The notes beneath the pieces are model-generated. The model saw only the letters and a program-made list of their open reading frames with translations, was not told where the DNA came from and did not search any database. Shown here one piece after another: positions 19,389 to 45,675 of a stretch of 64,000 nucleotides of DNA. Both the position numbers and the translations under genes were made by a program. The stretch is taken from the NCBI RefSeq assembly GCF_009914755.1, contig NC_060944.1. One strand, written 5' to 3'. Numbering within the stretch: the first letter of the stretch is position 1; every line of letters starts with the position of its first letter. The stretch is from the human T2T-CHM13v2.0 reference genome, Homo sapiens.

Positions 19389-19769
19389 TGATCCACCCAC
19401 TTCGGTCTCCCAAAGTGCTGGGATTATAGTTGTGAGCCACCACACCCAGCCAAATTAAGGCTCTTAAAATGGAAAGATCATCCTGGATTATACGGGTGGA
19501 CCCAAGGTAATCAAAAGTACTTACTTATAAGAGGGAGGCGGCAGGTAAGTCAAAGGAGGAGAGAGGGGATGCACCAGCAGAAGGAGCGGTCGGGTGATGT
19601 GAGAAGGGTTTCAGGAGCAAGGGATGCAGCCGGAAAGCCAGGAGAGGGAAAGGAAGTAGACTTTCCATTCCAGACTCCCCAAGGAACCAGCCCTGCCAAC
19701 ACCTTGACATGCATCCCGTGAGACTAATTTAGGACTTCTGCCCTCCAGAACTGTAAGAATAAATTTGTG

Positions 19770-20388
<619 letters not shown>

Positions 20389-20502
20389 AGCCCCTCAGTT
20401 TTAAGTTCGTGGTAATGTTACAGCAGCAAGAGGGAATTAACGCAGGGCCTGTGAGTGAGTTAGGGAGAAAAGTGAAAGGGGACTTTAATAAACAGTGCTA
20501 CT

Positions 20503-21430
<928 letters not shown>

Positions 21431-21774
21431 TTAATGAATACAGAGTCCAACTTATAGTCTGTAGTGAGACAAGAACAAAAATTGGGAAATTGTGTAGGTA
21501 GAATATGGCAAAAGTACAATATAAATGGAACATAAATATAAATATGTATAGTTACTTCTTTTTAAAAAAAATTTTACACAAATAACTCTTCTAGACAAAT
21601 TTTAAAATACAGATTTTAAAAAAGAAAAATAAATGTTCTTGTTACAATATAGAACAGATAACTACTGTTGGCCTAAATACACAAGTATTTTCACAAAAAA
21701 TGATCATACTGCATAAACCATCTTGTGACTACTTGGTGTTCTAAATCACCATGTACATCTTTCCATGCCAATAA

Positions 21775-23275
<1,501 letters not shown>

Positions 23276-23661
23276 TGAATGCCTCACTCTTCCTGGTGTT
23301 TGTTGAATGAATACATAGAAGCATGGTTTAAGGCTATAGCAACAATTTCTTCAACTGTAATCTGTAGGACTACGTATCCAGAAGAACAGGAAAGGCCAAG
23401 ATGTAAATCCACACTCCGCGATAACCCGACGGTCCTCTCTCAAACCCCAGAAAAGGAAAAAAAATCCTCTACAATTTGTTACTACCATAGCCCAAACAAA
23501 CAATATATTTATTCAATGTATTTAAGCTTAAGAAGAGGCTATTTTTCCCCAAAGCATTTTGGCAGGTTATAAAGATTTGAACATTTAACTCACTAATCAT
23601 CTCCATCTCTTAAATGGCTAGAAAGGTTATCTTATCTTGTATCTTTCTGTTTGGAACCTTA

Positions 23662-23998
<337 letters not shown>

Positions 23999-24266
23999 CC
24001 CTCTTTCTTCCCTAGCAGGAAGTCAAAAGATTAAATTCTATAATTGATGCTCAACAGCCAGGAGTGTAAATGTACTATTTAGATTTCGGGAGTAAAAGCG
24101 GAAAAAAATACAACCAGCAAGAGTTAAAAGTCGTTTCCTGAGAAGAGTAGGCCTGGGGGTGGGACAGGGCAGTCTTAGTTTTCATTATTACCCCTTCTGC
24201 AGTTGATTAATTTTTAACCACCAGCAAGGGATTCTTTCATTTAAAATTGTTCTTAAAAGAAATACA

Positions 24267-24684
<418 letters not shown>

Positions 24685-24715
24685 CTACAAAATGAAAATA
24701 AAATAATACGTACTT

Positions 24716-24860
24716 GGGGACCTTTAAAAAAAAAAATCCTGGTGGTTGGGCCACACCCTGGACCGATAAAGTCTGAATCTCTGGGGATGGGATGCAGCCG
24801 TTAGCATAATTTTTTAAAGTTCTCCAGATGACTCTAAAGTCATCTGGTTGAAAACCAGCA
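24716..24860 (+). mobile_element. MER5A-like hAT element
   Basis: gggccacaccctggaccgataaagtctgaatctctgggg...ccagatgactct...ggttgaaaacca. Confidence 0.75.
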
Positions 24861-25129
24861 CTTTAGAGACCCTGGAAGTTTTCTTTTAGTGTTAACTTTC
24901 TGTAATCTATAGAGTAATTTCCTGTCTCTGCAAAAATAGCTCCAAGGCATTTGGGGTGGTTTCTAACCTATTTTCTAAATAATTAATCTTTAAAGTAATG
25001 ATTTAAAAAATACAATATTACATTAGAATGCAGGAAATATCATTTGTCATAAGGAGACCAACAGCTTTCTCTGTGCATCCATGTGAGGGTATCACATATT
25101 TGGGGTGTAGGTGACCACTGGTAGCCTGT

Positions 25130-25314
25130 ATTTTTTTTAAGACAGAGTCTCATTCTGTTGCCAAGGCTGGGGTGTGGTGGTGCGATCTCAGCTCACTGCA
25201 ACATCGACCTCTCGGGCTCAAGAGATCCTCCCACCTCAGTACCCCCTCCATGAGGAGTAGCTTTTTATTTGTATTTTTTGTAGAGACAGGGTTTCATCAT
25301 GTTGCTCAGGATGG
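25130..25314 (-). mobile_element. AluJ fragment
   Basis: Flanked by ggtagcctgtattttt on both sides. Confidence 0.85.
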
Positions 25315-25474
25315 GTAGCCTGTATTTTTATAATTTTATTTAACCTATTGAGTTTAATTAAATTCCCTTTCACCCTACTCCACACTCGGTGACTTCAAAG
25401 AGAGGGTATGGTCAGTTCAGCTCTACAGAGGAGAAGAGAACATTCTGAATGTTTCAATATCTTGGGGAAGCTGG

Positions 25475-26215
<741 letters not shown>

Positions 26216-26231
26216 ACATCCAAGGGAACAT

Positions 26232-26232
<1 letters not shown>

Positions 26233-26265
<33 letters not shown>
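26233..26265. repeat. (TG)n microsatellite
   Basis: About 16 perfect units. Confidence 0.97.
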
Positions 26266-26267
<2 letters not shown>

Positions 26268-26515
26268 ATGCTTACATATCTAACATTAATATAAAAGACA
26301 TTTTATTCCAGTGTATTCTGATTTGGTTAGTAGTTAGTAGTTTCCTTTGGCAATCTTACACTAGTGAGCTGAACATCAAAGTGTACACATACATATACTT
26401 CTGTGTGGCCATATTAATTTATAAGATAACAATTTTAAAATTATATATAGTGAAGCCAATTATATTTGGGCATTTAGCATGTGATAAAAATTGCCTTTTA
26501 AAATGAGTAGGGGGT

Positions 26516-26815
<300 letters not shown>

Positions 26816-26834
26816 GTGAGTAAGGGGGAAAGAT

Positions 26835-27590
26835 GAATTATACCATAAATGGTATTGGGATAACTTAGTGGCTGTCTAGAAAAACTATAAACTTAGAGCT
26901 ACATTTCAAAGCATACCCAAGGATGAATTTCAAAAGGATAAAAAATTTCATTGCAAACAAACAAATTATAAAAGCACTAGAAGAAGCTATCAGAATGTTA
27001 AAATAATCTTGAAGAGGGGGAGATCGTTTTTACTAAGACACATAAATCAGAAGCTATAAAATTAAAACACTTGCATGGCAAAAACTATAATAAGTAAAGT
27101 GAAAAGACAAGACACTTGGAAAAAAATAATTGCAGCTTATATTACTAAGTATTAATTTCCCTATATATAAAGAGTTTCTAAAAATCAATCAGAAAAAGGC
27201 CAAGAGTCTGCCAGAAAAACTGAAACAAGGATATATATGATAGTTCACAGAAAAGGGAATACCAGTGGCTTTTAAACATGTGGGAAGTGATTAACCTTCC
27301 TTATAATAAGAGGTATGCAAAATAGATTATAGGGAGATACTGGTTTTGTTCACCTACTAAATGACAAATGATCAAAAACTTTGATAACATACTATGTGGG
27401 CAAGGATGTGGTAACACAGTCATTTTCATATCTATCAAAATTACAAACACATATATGTCCTTTAAACCAGTAACTGTATTTCCAAGAATTTATTGTGCAG
27501 ACATACTTATACATGTACAAATATCTAATGTCTTATATGAAAAGTGTTCATCAATGCAGCATTATTTATAGTACCAAAAGATAAAACAAC
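26835..27590 (+). mobile_element. Old L1 (L1ME-like) ORF2 3'/3'UTR relic
   Basis: ataaatggtattgggataac...agttcacagaaaagggaatac...gttcatcaatgcagcattatttatagt. Confidence 0.8.
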
Positions 27591-27591
27591 T

Positions 27592-28393
<802 letters not shown>

Positions 28394-29109
28394 CATATGT
28401 TTTATTTTGAGGGGACAGAAGCAACTAAAATTTCAACAAAACCAATTCTTTGTGTTGCTCCCTCACTTCTTTCTATTGATCTAATAAACATCACATAGCA
28501 CAGTGATGGTTGAAGACCAGTGGAAAAGAGAGAAAGTGAAAACTTAACAGGACTTCTTATTGTACGATTTTTATGTTTGCAAAGATGTGATATGAAATTT
28601 CATTTATTGCTGTCAAATATTGACATCTATCTGTGGACACAAAATAATCTTTTTTTTTCCTCCCCCACTGTCTATTTCCCTACCCAACCTTGCATTAAGA
28701 AAGCAATTGACAAACTAATGTATGGAAAGCGAATCTTTTGTGCTGTCTATAATGACCACATTTTCCTTTGGGCTCACCAAAGCCGTTCAAACAAGAGCTC
28801 CGTTGTCCCTTTCAGAAGAGAATAATAGAAAACTTAAATGAAACCTGGAGGTCATTTGACCTCTTAGGAAACGTGGAGGTAGACACCACAGCTCAAAACC
28901 CCGGAGCCTGTTAACATGTGACACATTGTACACACTCATATTTTTAGAGGAAAAGATGAGGATTTCTGCTGCCCTGGGAGGTTGTGGAATAATGCTTTCC
29001 TCATTTCAGGATTCTGAGCCTGTTTCCACATCAGAGAACCCATCAGATATATTTTATCCAAAACAAAGATAAAACTTGAGTAAAAATAATGATGATAATT
29101 ATAACAGTA

Positions 29110-29945
<836 letters not shown>

Positions 29946-30014
29946 CAGAATAACCATGTATTTAATTATATAATAAATGTTACTTAAAATTGTATACTGG
30001 TACATAATTTTCAC

Positions 30015-30137
30015 AATTTAACCAAGGAGGTGCAAGATCTGTGCACTATAAAACTATAAAACATTGATGAAAGAAATTAAAGAAGATACAAATAAATGGA
30101 ATGATAGCCCACGTTCATGGATGGGAAGAATTAATAT
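30015..30137 (+). mobile_element. L1 ORF2 fragment
   Basis: aaaactataaaacattgatgaaagaaattaaagaagatacaaataaatggaa encodes the ORF2-like ..[14 protein letters not shown].. segment. Confidence 0.9.
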
Positions 30138-30239
30138 TTTATTTCTAGAAATTGATCCAGCAGAGATTCTCCACCAGTGAGAACATCAAACATCTCACAC
30201 CAGGGAGAATATCTGCTGGATCAATTCCTAGAAATAAAA
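30137..30239. repeat. Inverted repeat with 36-bp arms (34/36 complementary) and a 31-nt spacer
   Basis: 30137-30172 is the reverse complement of 30204-30239. Confidence 0.95.
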
Positions 30240-30381
30240 CAGCTGCATCAAAGTAAAATATGCATGGTAAATTTTGGCAAATATCGCCAAGTTGCTTGCT
30301 CATCAATAGTAGACTGGCCAAAGAAATGATGGTACCTCCTTACTGAAGAACATTATGCAGCCATCATAAGAATGAGGAGGT

Positions 30382-30427
30382 ATTAAAAGTAATTGCAGAA
30401 ACCACAATTACTTTTGCACCAACCTAA
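30382..30427 (+). mobile_element. MADE1 (Hsmar1 MITE) half element
   Basis: attaaaagtaattgcagaaaccacaattacttttgcaccaacctaa matches the right half of MADE1, including its TIR. Confidence 0.9.
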
Positions 30428-31035
30428 TGTTAGCTGATATGAATGCCCCCGTCCTATGCAGGTGAATTAAAAAGCAAGGCACAAACTGGTGTTATGGTAT
30501 TTATCATTGTTAAGGTTTTATAAATGTGCATTATTGCGCAAGGAGTGGTTCTGGAAGGATAAACGAGAAAATGATTAACCCATTGGCTTCAGGGACGGAA
30601 ACTGAATGGCTGCTGGGTAATGGGGACAGAAGATAGTCTACTCTTTGGCACTTCTTGAATTTTGTAGCATGTGAATGTATAACTTGTTCAACTGAAAAAT
30701 TCACCCTATAGATTTACAAAATATCAGAACTATCATCTTGCCACCAGCCCAGTTATATGGATGAGAAAACTGAGGCCCAGTAGAGTCAGCTGATGCAGGC
30801 CTGGCCCGATGCTCTGCACACTCTGCATCCTGCCCCTAGACATCCTTATGCTTTCTCCTTTGAGGCTCTCAGAAGCTTGGGAGCAGACAGTGTGGCACTG
30901 AATACTGGGAAGAAATGCATCCCAAAGGCCATAGAAATCTTTTCTGGGGAGCTGGCTAGAAAGGCTGGGACAGTTTGAATGGCACCAGTGATCACATGGT
31001 CAGGAACATCACCCAGAACACAAACAGCCACAGCA

Positions 31036-33186
<2,151 letters not shown>

Positions 33187-33656
33187 AGAAAATTGTAAAA
33201 GTAACTTAATATCTGCCTCATATACTTTTGTTTTATTTAAAAATGCAAATCCTCAACCACAAATCGAAACAAGAACAACCCTCTGATGACTTCCCTCCCT
33301 CTCTCTTTGTACAAAGAAGACTTTCTGCTGTCTGACTCTGACCACCTTGGTCTATTTTATGGAGCTCCAACCCTGCCTTGTTTCCTTCTCAGGCCATCTG
33401 TCCTGGTTGGCCTCACTGTTGGAAATGCTCTTCTCAAGATGTTCACGTGGCTGGTTCTTTGTCATTCAGTCTCAGTTCAAATACTCCCTCCTCCAGGAAG
33501 CCTTCCCTAACTTCCTAGGTGAAAGTGGTTCCCTTCCCCTGAGTCACGATTATGGTTTCTTCAGTGTACTTATTAATGGCCAACACTGTCTCCTTTATTG
33601 TTTGCTTATGAATTTAAAGTCTGTTAGCAGCACCTGCAGCTTTTAAAAGCCTCCTT

Positions 33657-35080
<1,424 letters not shown>

Positions 35081-35258
35081 TGAAAAGTTAAATAATAAGG
35101 ATGTAAGATAATTGTATACTACCTTATAAATATTCTTTTAAAAAATAAACTGGTTAAATTTTTATAAGAAGCCTATCTTTCCAATCTTTGAGACAGCTGA
35201 CAATAATGATTTTTTTAATGGGAAAATATGTACATGCCACTGTAAATCAGTTAACTAG

Positions 35259-35431
35259 GGGGTTGGGGATGAAGAGAGGATGGTTAATGGATGCAAGCAC
35301 ATAATCAGATAGAAGGAGTAAGTTCTAGTGTTCTATAGCACAGTAGGGTGACTGTAGTTAACAAGAATGTATTGTGTATTTCAAAACAGCCACAAGAAAA
35401 GATTTGAAATATTTCCAACACACACACATAC
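35259..35431 (+). mobile_element. L1MA-like 3'UTR fragment with a 15-bp TSD and no poly(A)
   Basis: gatagaaggagtaagttctagtgttctatagcacagtagggtgact; flanks aaat(c/a)agttaactag at 35244-35258 and 35432-35446. Confidence 0.8.
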
Positions 35432-35446
35432 AAATAAGTTAACTAG

Positions 35447-37185
<1,739 letters not shown>

Positions 37186-37699
37186 TACCACTATCATTTT
37201 TATAGTAAAATTAATTTAGTAGGCCTATGCCCTGGGCAAAATTTCTTCACTTCGTTGTTGCTTATTTACCAAACGGGTAAATTTTTCTTATTTTTTATTT
37301 TTATTTATTAATTTATTTTTTCTTTTGTTGCTAATCATGTTTTTAAAAAAACTCCAATGCTAGTTTCACAGACTTAAGATTCAGATAACTACTTTTAAAA
37401 GAATCCTTGTAAATATTACTTCAGTCGAAGTCATTTTTTAGTCAGTAATAAAACTCAGTTTAGGAACCCAAGAACAAAGGCAGAGCCTCAGAATGAATTT
37501 ACATGTGACCGTTTTCTGAAATCTTACGTCTAAGGAAAAAGTTAGAGACTGACATTTCTAAATCTAATTTATTTTAGGCTTAAGAATATAGATGCATAAG
37601 TTTTCCCAGAGACTTAAAGAAATCTTTATTGATAACAGAGAGAATGAAACAAAAGTAATAAATCACCAGAGAGGACCAGCTCACAAAAATACCTGAATG

Positions 37700-37990
37700 A
37701 AGGCACGTATTGCATCATTGTTGGCAATCGTGAAAAATTTGAAAAACCTTAAATGGCCACTAAAAGAGAAGTGGTTGTATATATCATGATATATCCATCC
37801 ATGGACTACTATGTATAAATAAAAAAGAATGAGGCGGACTTATATGTATCAGTTTGGAAAGACTGGCAAGTCTAATAGCTGAGTGAGATAAAAGAAGTAC
37901 ATGATTGTCATTATGGTATGACAGCATTAATTAAAAAAAAACCACGGCAATATATGTGTATAGATATGCATTTTTGCATGTATGTGTGTA
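37700..37990 (+). mobile_element. L1ME-like 3' relic
   Basis: aaaaaccttaaatggccactaaaagagaagtggtt...atatccatccatggactactatg. Confidence 0.7.
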
Positions 37991-38149
37991 GATATGTGCA
38001 TTTATGGATGTAAATTCCTGCAAGAGACACAGAAGACACACACACATCCTAGCAAGAGGGGAGTGGCCTAATGTTAGAAACAGAGAAACAGTGCAAGAGA
38101 CATTTAGATTTACTTTGCAAACTCTCAGTGTCGACTCTTTTACAGATAT

Positions 38150-39050
38150 GCACGGCTGGTGTTATTAAGTATATTTTCAAGCACAAAGGAACCAGAGGTC
38201 GATGGTGAAATCAGATGCTTTCAATGGAAACATATTTCATTCTTCTAAAAATAACTTTGGTGATTCGGAATCCATCCTTAATCGTAGCAGCCAGCCCATT
38301 TTTGTGGCTCTTTCATTTCCCCCAGAAAAAAAAAAAGTGTATAAACACAGCAGGATATAAATGCATGCATCTGGAGAAGATGAACTTTTACACTAGTTCT
38401 GCCTTTTCAGCTTTCTAAAATGTGGACCTTACCAATTTCTTTGACCTCCCCCTCCTTTTTTTCCATTCCAATGCATGGCGGTGACAAGGCATTGAATTAC
38501 CAGTTTGTCACTAACGCCATAGGCTTTATTATTCCTTTGAACAGAAGCTGGGCTTAAAAAGAAAAGTTTTTCTTAATAAGTAGCTGTTCATCCTTTGATA
38601 TGCACATCTGGATCTGTGGTCTTATCTGCGGCATGCTAATGCTGCTTCCTGCAGATAATGATAAAGGAACAACTCAAAATAACAAAAAAGGAATAAAATG
38701 TGCCAGATGCCTAAAAAATAAGGAGGACAATGCAAATAAAAGCAACTGGTTTTTCTATTCTGGAGAATAAACTCTACCCACAATTGAAGTAATCATTTTG
38801 GTGGTTACTTGATACACACTTTTTTTTTTAAGAGATTAGGAAGGAAAAAAAAAAAGCAAACATCAGCTGACAAGCACTGCCACATTCTGTTAGAAATTAA
38901 GAGGGAAATAAACCTAAGTACGCTATAAATCACTTTGGGGTTTAATTTTGCTTCTACCCTGCTACATCGTTTCTTCTGTTTCTTCTTTTTTCTTCATTTG
39001 GCTGTGGCTTAAACATTGTTAATTAAAAGCCAAACTGAAAGATTTTGACT
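38150..39050. promoter_or_regulatory. Candidate developmental enhancer (TCF/LEF, GATA, CATCTGG E-box and TGACA motifs)
   Basis: Repeat-free; CCTTTGAA 38534, CCTTTGAT 38592, CATCTGG 38368 and 38605, CCAGATG 38703, GATA sites 38622, 38653 and 38659. Confidence 0.45.
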
Positions 39051-40190
39051 CATACATTTTTTAGGAATATAAAATATTTCAAATATACAGAAAAGTACCA
39101 GGAATACCGTAAGGAACATTCGTGTATCTACCATCAGGGTTTAACAATTTTTCTATTTTTCCTTCCTGTTCATTTTTAAAGAATACATTTCCTTCATTCT
39201 GAGTTTTTTCAAATGTGATTTTTCTTGATTTCTGTATCACCTTTGTTCACTAAAAGAAGGTGTTCTTCTTATAAAAATATGATTTTCTCAGTTTTAGTCA
39301 AGTTTCTCAAAGGAGCTTTCTTTCCCTGCTCTGTGTAAATGGGTCTTGTTTTGAAAGTTAGATTAGCGTTAAGACGTAAGAGTGAAATTGTTATATAATA
39401 CATATATGATTTCTAGATATTATGTATGATTTCTGTCTAGGTGATCTTTGTTCTTTATGACTTCTTTTCACAAGAGGCAACGATAAACCTGCTTTGTCAA
39501 TACGTGCATAGACCTTCAGTAGTTCTGAGGCTGATTGTAACTGGTATTTTAATAGGCAAATAAAAACTTCTGCTTTACATAAATTGCTCTATAAACTGGG
39601 AGCTGAGGATTGTGAGGAGGGCGAAAAGGCCATGGTGCCCTCTCTACCGCTGCACAAACCCAGATTGTGTGTGGTTGGGATCCCTTGGTAGCCCAACCAG
39701 ATAAGAGTCATGAATTGATTCCACATTAGCATGCAGCAGGCATGGGAAAATGATAAACTCCTATTACCACTGTCATGGCAACTGAAAAAATGGCTGCTTT
39801 GGGGGGAACAAGGTCCACAGGAGAAGAAAAGCGAAGCCCCGTCTCTTTCTTCTGTTTGACATCTGTTGTTTAACATACAAAATTGTATTATCGTGACGCA
39901 AGCGAGTCAGCCAGGGCTAAAGCCTGGCTAGGAATTGTCAAAACCATACTGCCCCAACTCCCATTCCCCTCTCTCTACCATGAGAGTATATAATTTGACC
40001 CCGGACATTTTCACGAAGGGCAGTAAATTCCCCTCCCTTTTCATCCCAGGTACAAAAAGCGTGAAGTGCCTTGGGAAGGTGGAATAGAGGGAGGAGGGTC
40101 TTTTTGGGGGGTAGTGGAGAAGGGAGACATGCTATCAATTATGAAGCAAAAATAAAGCTCTTCTCCGTTTGCAGTTGCTTCTCTAAATGA

Positions 40191-40545
<355 letters not shown>

Positions 40546-40987
40546 CTAGATTTTTCTAAAACAGCAATTTGAGCGGGGCTTGTGAACACAGACAAAACAT
40601 GAGCAGATAGGCTACAAGCAGGGATGGCAGCCTTAGGCGCAGGGCTGAAGGTTGAAAATCCTGATTGCAGGTCATTGAGAAAAGGCTAGAAGGAAACACA
40701 CCTGAGTGCTAACCAGGAGTTGGACAAGAGGTGGATTTTTATTTCCTTCTTAATATAGCCCTTTTCAAAATGTTTAATAAAGTACCTGTGTCAGTCACTC
40801 TCATACTCAGCAGAAATATCCAATAAGCTTTCGGAGGTCCAGGAATGGGTCTCAAAGGAGCTTTCAAAGGGTCTCAAAGATCTCAAAGTTTCTCTCAAAG
40901 GAGGATTGAGGTGTAGATGCTCACACAAAAATTCTGTTCGGCAAATTTCCATATGATCCAAACATATCACTTGAAGCAAATCCTTTG

Positions 40988-41363
40988 CATATAAATATAA
41001 ATATATACAAATTTATTTGTATATTATATATAATATTTATATATCATGCATTATATTTATACATTATATATTATATTATATTATATTTATATATTTATAT
41101 TATATATTATATATTATATTTATATATTTATAATATATAATATATAATATATAATATATTATATTATATTTATATATTTTATATTATATATTATATATTA
41201 TATATTATATTTATATATTATATTTATATATTATATATTATATTTATATATTATATATATTTATATAGTATATACATATTATAGATTTATATTATATATA
41301 AATTTATATATTTCATGAAATTTATATAAATATATAAATATAAATAAATATATATATTTCATG
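40988..41363. repeat. ~375-bp AT-rich low-complexity tract of (TA)n/(TATAT)n type
   Basis: Almost exclusively A/T, with recurring atattatattt. Confidence 0.95.
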
Positions 41364-42354
41364 AGGACATTTAAATGAGTGACTTTCAAACACGCTTCAC
41401 TTCCCACCTCCCCACAGTTGTGTAACCAGAACAAACCTAGTACCATTTTGGGTTGTTTTCACAACACAGCCTTTAAACAGCTGTGAAAGATTGGGGCCAT
41501 CCTAAAATGGACTAAATTGTAATTTCCAGTAAGAGTGAGATTAAGCCCCTTGATAGGACAAGATCAGATAAGTGCAAACAAAAGCAAGAACATTTATATA
41601 ATCAATCTCGGCCATTAGCAAAGTTAGCATTTTAAGGTGGTAAAACAAAAAAGGAACCTCTTGGCCAAACCCGCACCCCATGTGCAGTTTGGAACTTCCC
41701 AGTTTAAAGACTATCATCTTTAAATAGGATCCTATCGAATGGGCAGGCTTTGAGGGGATGCAGAAGCAAAACCAGTGGAAAAGGTCAGAACTGCTCTGTT
41801 TGTTTTTCCAAATTGTCGGAGTAAAGTTACAATATGCCACCTGGGTAAGCCTACTAGCTAAATATCCAGATAATGTACACAGTAACCACAGGGATTTCTC
41901 GGACAGATTGGAAACGTTGGAGGAGGAATTTGCTTGGGGGAAGGGAACTAGACGAACCTGGGTTAAGCCCTCCCTAAGCATGGAGGGGTTGCTCAGTGCC
42001 TGACATGAAAAACGGTCTTATTTTTAATCCTCAGGACATCTCTTTGAGGAAGGTATTATTATTCCCAGAATAATAATAGGGGATGGGGGATGGCTCGTGT
42101 GACTTGCCCCTGGCATTTTCCTTCATGGATATTCCCGTATCTGATCATTTCTGCTTGTGTTTGAGCTTTCAGTTTCATCAGCATAATCTTTGTCGGAAGG
42201 CGGGAGTTTTACATTTGCAATTCTAGATTTTTCTTTCTGCTGGCGTTCCGGCAGACCACTACTGTTTGTTATATATCTACTTCACATCAAATAAGTCAAG
42301 CCGTAGAAAAAGTCCTGGGAGGTTTCCTGGGGTGTGGGTGTGGGGCCTCTGTGA

Positions 42355-43639
<1,285 letters not shown>

Positions 43640-44235
43640 TGAACGAATGATTTGATTAGAAAAGGTTCAGTCAGCTAAGAGATACCCTAGCATTTATCTG
43701 ATCTGGCCTCCTTGTTTAAGAAATCCTGGGAGGCAGGACAGAAAGCCAACCTGGCTAGCTGAGGTCACCATTCCTGGGCTTCTCATCATACCTGCCACAG
43801 TGGCCACTGTGAACAACTTTCTTCTCCTCTGACACCTGGGATTTTTTGTTTCAAATACTCAAAGGTGTGTATTACAGTATTGTTAATGGTAGCAAACACA
43901 AAAACAAAACCAACAAAAAACCTCTAGAAACAAAAGGAAAGAATCCTGACACATTCACACCATGGAATATTATATAGATATTAAGTAAAATGAGATAAAA
44001 CTGGAAAAATTGTCTTAAAGGAATTTCCATTAAGTATTGTTGAGGGAGGAGAGAGGCTGGGTAAGAGGTAGGATTATTATGATAGAAAGGGAAAAGTTGG
44101 TAGAATTTTTTTTAAAAAAGAAGAAAATTAAATAATGGTGGTATTTTAAAAATATGTATGATATATCCACTTTATGTATCTATGAAAATTGCACAATTAA
44201 ACATGCTTGTATGTAAGCAGAAGTTTTCTTTTTTA

Positions 44236-45675
<1,440 letters not shown>

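Noticed and set aside
23405-23450. Short CpG-rich patch (ccgcgataacccgacgg) as a small-RNA pseudogene or exon
   Set aside because: It matches no snRNA, Y, 7SK or tRNA sequence I can recall, and has no TSD, tail or clear splice sites.
30382-30427. miR-548 gene
   Set aside because: Only half of the MADE1 palindrome is present, too short for a pre-miRNA.
41541-42003. Overlapping ORFs (146 aa -, 81 aa +) in unique sequence
   Set aside because: No recognisable domain and no convincing splice-site pair; the lengths are compatible with chance.
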